Positions 58,636-64,000 of a DNA stretch of 64,000 bases are shown one piece after another (position 1 is the first letter of the stretch; every line of letters starts with the position of its first letter). The position numbers and the translations under genes are program-made. This DNA is from Macrostomum hystrix (Eukaryota; Animalia; Platyhelminthes), in NCBI GenBank assembly GCA_950097015.1, contig CATNEN010000001.1, positions 21,390,001 to 21,454,000 of the forward strand. The letters run 5' to 3'. The notes below the pieces were generated by a model that saw nothing but the letters and a program-made list of their open reading frames with translations, had not been told where the DNA came from and did not search any database.

Positions 58636-61600
58636 AAAATCCCTGCAGTAAATGGGTCATGCAAGAAGGTAAGCTCATTGTACAATATTTGCGCCAATCC
58701 AATTTTGTATCGGCCATTTCGAAGTCCTAAAGAACAAATTGGCTTTGATGACCGAAACGCCATTGCTGATTGTTAGAATTGCAAAACAATGAAGACAACA
58801 AACTCAGTGCATGAGCTAGTTTTGTCAACAGAACAGAGTTAAAGACACGAACAGTTTTTGTCAAACATTATTAGAAAGACAATAATAGGCATTTAAGTGC
58901 ATATATATTAAAGTTTATTTTCATTTGCTTATTAATGCAAACAGAGAACAGTGACACTTGTATATGCATATTCAATAACTACTGGCCTGTAAGCTAAATT
59001 GTTCCGCACACGAAGTTGTCAATTCCGAGATGTCACTCACAGAGATGAAACTAAATATGTTGAACAACATATTGTGTTATATGCAAGCTAATCAGATACT
59101 TTATACAGTACACGGTGTAACTTTAACGGGCCTACAATATGAATAACAAGTCACACATAAGAATATTACGCACTTTAACAAAACCAAGAAATTAAATTGT
59201 TATAAGCCAGAGTTGTAGCTTTGCACAGCAAAAACTGACGCAACTCAACAGCTGGGCCTAACGTGCATTTAGCTAAATATGGGACCGAGTAGAGAAAAAC
59301 AACAAAACAACGGAAAGGGTGGAAAACCGCACTATAGCTGAAGGCTGGGACTAAATAACTAATGTTGATAATAATAATCTCCATACTACAGTAGGCACCG
59401 AGATAGCAAATAGATATTTAATAATCTAATAGTGCGAATAATTGATACTAAAGTCTTACTACAATTATCTTGCGATCACGACCTAGGCATTGGCACCGTG
59501 GCCTCTCTAAGCAATAAGAGCATGAAGTAAATCAATAGAATGCAGCTATATAGGGTGCTGAACCATTAGTATCGGATGCTTTGTTACTAAATCTAACTAG
59601 AAGTAATGCTGAGTGATATTACTATACTAGCAGAAGATGAACAATAGAAATCTTTCGTTTGTCACTCTCCAAGAACAATACGATAGTGAAAACTAAAGAT
59701 AGTCGGTAAGTGATTGTTGTTATTATTATTATAGGATAATAATAAATAATTCTAAACTATTTGGCTGAAAGGACTGGACAAAAGGAGGCGTACAAATTGA
59801 ACCGATCTCACACACATGCGGCTAACGCACACAAACAAAAATAATAGATGGAATGGACAACAAGCAGTGCCGGCTTGCATCATTAGGTCACTGATCAAGT
59901 GTATTCAATTGAATAAAATTTAGCAATGTCAAACAGATGACTTAAACTTTCCAACACATTCATTTACAGGTGTCACACAAAGGTGATGCATAAATAATGA
60001 TTTAATGAACAGGACAAAAACCGTACAGGCATAGGCAGAACAGAAAGGACAGTACTGCCAACAAAATAAACAAATTGAGCGAGACGACAGATAAAAACAA
60101 ACAATAGCTAGCAAATTAGAATTCATATAAGATAAAGACAATTTCGGGAAGAAATTATTAAGTAAGGTTTGGGATGGGACTTAGGAAATGCAAAATCTGG
60201 CTGCCTAAATCAAAGTTGGTTGGGCCGTGGGCTATAAATAAAAATAAGAGACAGAGAGCAAACTACAAAGGAAAGCGAAACAAAACGGACTCAGCTTTAG
60301 TTTCTCCCAAGTGTTTCTGCTCGCTACAAAACTGGCATTGTAAAAGTGAAATCGCGGGTTAAGTTTCGCTTACGTATTAGCTATGTACATTACAGGTTGA
60401 GTTCTGGTATCGACTCAACACGAACTGGCGTGTCACGTGGCGCAAACTGCATTTCCACAAGGCGGCTTGCCGGGGTCTTGGAGCCCGCCCTCCCTACGAA
60501 GGGAGGTCCGAGACCCCTTTGCCCACCCCCTGGTTATGCCTCCGTAAGTTGTCCGTCATAGGTTAGTTGGAACAGGTAATAATAAACGAAATGATGCGCG
60601 AATTTAAATTAGCACAAAAGAGCACAAACGGAATCGTTATTCTAGGCGCTGAGAGAACACTCAAATGGAAAGAGACACTGATAAGAGACAGGACAGGAGA
60701 TGGCTGAAGACAGGGAGGAACGGACAGTGCGTAGGAAATTTGGTGTGGCACGCGCGCAAGCAATACTCCCACGTTGGGGCGATCGAATATAAAATAGCAG
60801 AACAATAATTGCAGGCTAATACGTACTACTACTATAAGTACTACACATCGTACGTTAAATTACTCCTAAATTAAATTTTTTCTTTAATCGAGGTCTTCTT
60901 TTTTGTTTATCAGCAATTTAACAATAAATTGTGAAACAGTGCGAATTGCACTTTCAGATGGCAACAATAGAACAGACAGTCAAGGCATTTATGCAGTGCA
61001 GTGTGTTTTATTAAAATTAAAAAATAAAGCACTGGTGGGTGCAGTGAATCCGTTGACTAACAGAAGCAGCAGCAGTAGCAGCAGCAGCATCAGCAAAAAA
61101 CAACAACGTAAAAAATGTTGGGCAACACAATCAAATTATTTTACGTCCTTGCTTCTTCATCAAACCCATTTTGCGCCTTCTCCCTTTCCAGGATATGATA
61201 AAAATCCTTTTAAACAACAAACGGAGACTGCTGTACGGGTGCATCAGACAGAGAAGACAGAGAGGGTGGAGACACGGAGAGAAGATATTTATGACAATGT
61301 GGCATCCAAAGCTTTCACTCTGGCACCTAGTCATGATCCTAGAAACGCGTATCCAGCTACGTTACTAAATGAATTTGTTGCTATCCGCAACTGGAGCCGA
61401 AATCAGAGACTGACGGACAGAGAGACTGAGACAGATACTAGAAATGCAACTCGGAGTTAGGTCCAGATCAGGGACCAAGTTAATGGCAGAGAAAAGTACA
61501 TATAATTTATTAAGCTATATTATGCTAAGTAACTAAAGAGTATGACACAAGACTGAATGAATAAAAGTACAAACTGATGGCTTAACCACCTCATGCAACC

Positions 61601-61877
61601 CAGCTATATAAAAGTTTTTTAGAAGCCAAAATATTAGCAAAATAAATACCTTTTATTCAAGGAAACATCTCTGAAATATACGGGATCAACCGGGTTTACA
61701 GGATATATATAATTGATAAAGGATTCTTGGACAGGATTTTAAAATGATCCGAAGAGAGAAAGCAGTGCAAAGGTGACAGAGACTGATACACAGAGAGAAA
61801 GAGAGTGAGAACATCAATGCGATAACAATTTACACATGCAACATGAAACAAAAAACGCAGGTGCGGGAATCTCCCAC

Positions 61878-63431
61878 TCAGCGAGTGGAGCCTGAAGGCC
61901 GATCTCCAGCGAAGGCTGGCACTGCTGGCATGGGCAGATTGCACAGATCGTAGGCAGGCAAACGCAGGTCGAACAGAGGATCCTCTTCAACTGGCTCGCC
62001 AGAGTCGGCGCACACCGTAGTTGCTGGAGGCGGAGAGCAGGCACCAGACTGGCGCCGCTCCCATTCGGCCAGGTAGGAATCAACGCCTGGCGGTGCGGAC
62101 AGCCGGTCAACTAGGAGGCGACCGCCGCGACCTAGCCGCAAGCCGACGTAGGCTGCCAAGGGTCGGTACTGGCTGCCGCTGTTGCTGGCGCCAACGGCAC
62201 AGGGCAGGCGGGTGAGGCTGAAGAGTCTCCGATGCCCAGAGACGGGACCAGAAGAGGCGGGGGTTGCTGCGGGGTCGTCACTGCCGGGTTGGACAGTCAA
62301 TGGTCTGGCTGGAGCGTACACGGAGCCAACTCGGCGACGGCACCACACGAAGCGACCGCCAACGCCTGGTAGAACGCCTCCAGTGGCCATTGAAGAGGCC
62401 GACGGCGAGGTCAAGCCGGCGATAGACGAAGTATCATCATCGTCTAAGCAGACAACAGAGCCGAGAGGTGCAGGCAGTGGAGGCAGCTGCCGCCTTGCCC
62501 GCTTGGTTGCGCCGCCTCGGTGATGCCGCTGCAGGAGCTGATGTTGATGAAGCAGGTGATGATTCTGTCGATGCTGATGATGCAGCAGATGTTGGGGCTG
62601 AGCGTGATGATTAAGCGAATTTTTCCAGGAAGCTGCATTGGCGGCCGCGGCAGCTGACGCAATGTTGGCCAACTTTCGAGTCTCCGCCGCCGCCGCCGCA
62701 GCAGCTGCAGCCTTCGCCGCCAACAGCTGGGTGCCGTCAAAGTCCTGCCCAGTCCATCGGCGTTGAAACAGTCGGAGCTCGGTGTCCAACAGAGCTGACT
62801 TGGTCTCCTCGCGCCGGACCAACAGTTCAATGAGGGACCATGCTCGGTCCATGTCCCGCCTGAGGCGAAGCATCTTCTCGTAGCTGGCCTCGTCATTCTT
62901 GCGATGCTTTCTAGTCTGCATCTTCTCGGTGCGCCGGCGGAAGGCCACATAGGGATCGTTTGTTGAGGAGCCATCTCGCCTCTCGGCTTTGATTGACAGG
63001 CTCAGCCGCTGGCCGTGCTTCAATCGCTTAGCTAGCCAATAATCGTATACGGCTGTTGTTAAGCCGTCGTCCTTCTTTAGCAGGGTCTTGGCCTCGTTCA
63101 GGCTGACCACAGTGTGGTCGCTGTGACGCTCCAGCTGTTCGAGCATTCGCTCCAGATCGATGGCTGGCAGGCCGAGCTTTGAAGCCGACAGCCAGGCTTC
63201 ATCTTCGCTGTCCAGATCATAGTCGGGCGTCTCGTTATCGCCGGGCTCCAGTGAGAACGCCTGAACTCGAATGTAGTGCTTTGGAAGTCGGAATGTGCCC
63301 TCGCGGCACAGGGCATGGTATAGGCTCTTGAACTTGTTAGCATTCTCATCGATCTCTGGTATGGGTATAGCATGCAGATCTGTTGACCTAAATTGTTGCT
63401 GCGCGAAAAGTGCCTCTTGCAGGTGGTGTTC
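61878..63431 (-). CDS. EPC1: Enhancer of polycomb (EPC1/EPC2/Epl1 family) NuA4 subunit, terminal exon; 5' exons outside window
   Basis: Acceptor ctag| at 63431, then EHHLQEAL..., PDYDLDSEDEAWL, AVYDYWLAKR, DPYVAFRRRTEKMQTRKHRKNDEASYEKMLRLRRD (EPcA) and GLRLGRGGRLLVDR (EPcB). Confidence 0.92.
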   Translation of the reverse strand, partial: EHHLQEALFAQQQFRSTDLHAIPIPEIDENANKFKSLYHALCREGTFRLPKHYIRVQAFSLEPGDNETPDYDLDSEDEAWLSASKLGLPAIDLERMLEQLERHSDHTVVSLNEAKTLLKKDDGLTTAVYDYWLAKRLKHGQRLSLSIKAERRDGSSTNDPYVAFRRRTEKMQTRKHRKNDEASYEKMLRLRRDMDRAWSLIELLVRREETKSALLDTELRLFQRRWTGQDFDGTQLLAAKAAAAAAAAAETRKLANIASAAAAANAASWKNSLNHHAQPQHLLHHQHRQNHHLLHQHQLLQRHHRGGATKRARRQLPPLPAPLGSVVCLDDDDTSSIAGLTSPSASSMATGGVLPGVGGRFVWCRRRVGSVYAPARPLTVQPGSDDPAATPASSGPVSGHRRLFSLTRLPCAVGASNSGSQYRPLAAYVGLRLGRGGRLLVDRLSAPPGVDSYLAEWERRQSGACSPPPATTVCADSGEPVEEDPLFDLRLPAYDLCNLPMPAVPAFAGDRPSGSTR

Positions 63432-64000
63432 CTAGCATAGGAGGGAGAAATCATAATTAGCTAAAGCATACTACATATTTTTTTATTTTAAGTATACTTA
63501 CCTCCTAAAATCTAAATAGAACAAGATGTTTATTATTTACCATAGGATGATATTCTCATCTAGATTATATCCTTTAGAAAAGATATATTGTCTGAATGAA
63601 CTTTTGTTTTCTCAAGGACAAAGTTACATTTCTTGAAATAGATACAATACTACTATAGTTCAAATACAATTTGCACTATTGTAAATGGCAGTTTGAATTT
63701 CTAGTCTTTAAAGACAATATATATCACAATAGTTTAACCCAAGACTGTTGTTTGTAAAACAGTGTTTTATTCTAAAGTATTGTTCTTTGCCTTCTTAGCT
63801 AACTAATCTTATCCCCTTGAGCTTATTTAATTACTTTGTTTCAAGGTATGTCAATTTTTACTATAGCTAAAAATAGTTTGAAAAGTCTGGTTTGTTTGAT
63901 TGAAATTATTACTTTCTGTTTCAGTTTTAAAGTTGTTTTGAGACTGACCTTATTGCCCTTATTGCCCTAACTAAATGAAAACATTTTATTTTGTATTTTC

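Noticed and set aside
3943-63431. Functional clustering of chromatin genes (SDS3 deacetylase and EPC acetyltransferase subunits)
   Set aside because: They are over 50 kb apart with unrelated genes between, and there is no evidence of co-regulation.

Overview
Eukaryotic, intron-rich animal DNA. The gene style and the minisatellite-filled introns resemble the flatworm Macrostomum, but that assignment is inference. Hand-splicing supports seven protein-coding genes: (1) the 3' end of UBL3/MUB (+); (2) SUDS3/SDS3 (-), with a dead DD34D mariner in intron 1; (3) a 12-exon, ~850-aa orphan coiled-coil gene (+); (4) a 3-exon secreted Cys-rich prohormone-3/ITG-like or knottin-like precursor (-); (5) a ~25.5-kb PDE8 gene (-); (6) an intronless membrane-anchored FkbM-type methyltransferase (+); (7) the last exon of an Enhancer-of-polycomb gene (-). 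Also present are a 7SL/SRP RNA gene, two copies of a tRNA-derived CORE-like SINE, a hAT/Charlie-type non-autonomous element with a perfect 8-bp TSD carrying a minisatellite, and over 20 distinct minisatellite arrays. Most long ORFs in the supplied track are translations of those arrays. No CRISPR or prokaryotic system is supported. The best leads are the orphan coiled-coil gene, the secreted Cys-rich precursor with two possible endings, the FkbM enzyme, transposon-borne minisatellites and a recurring 16-bp palindromic motif.
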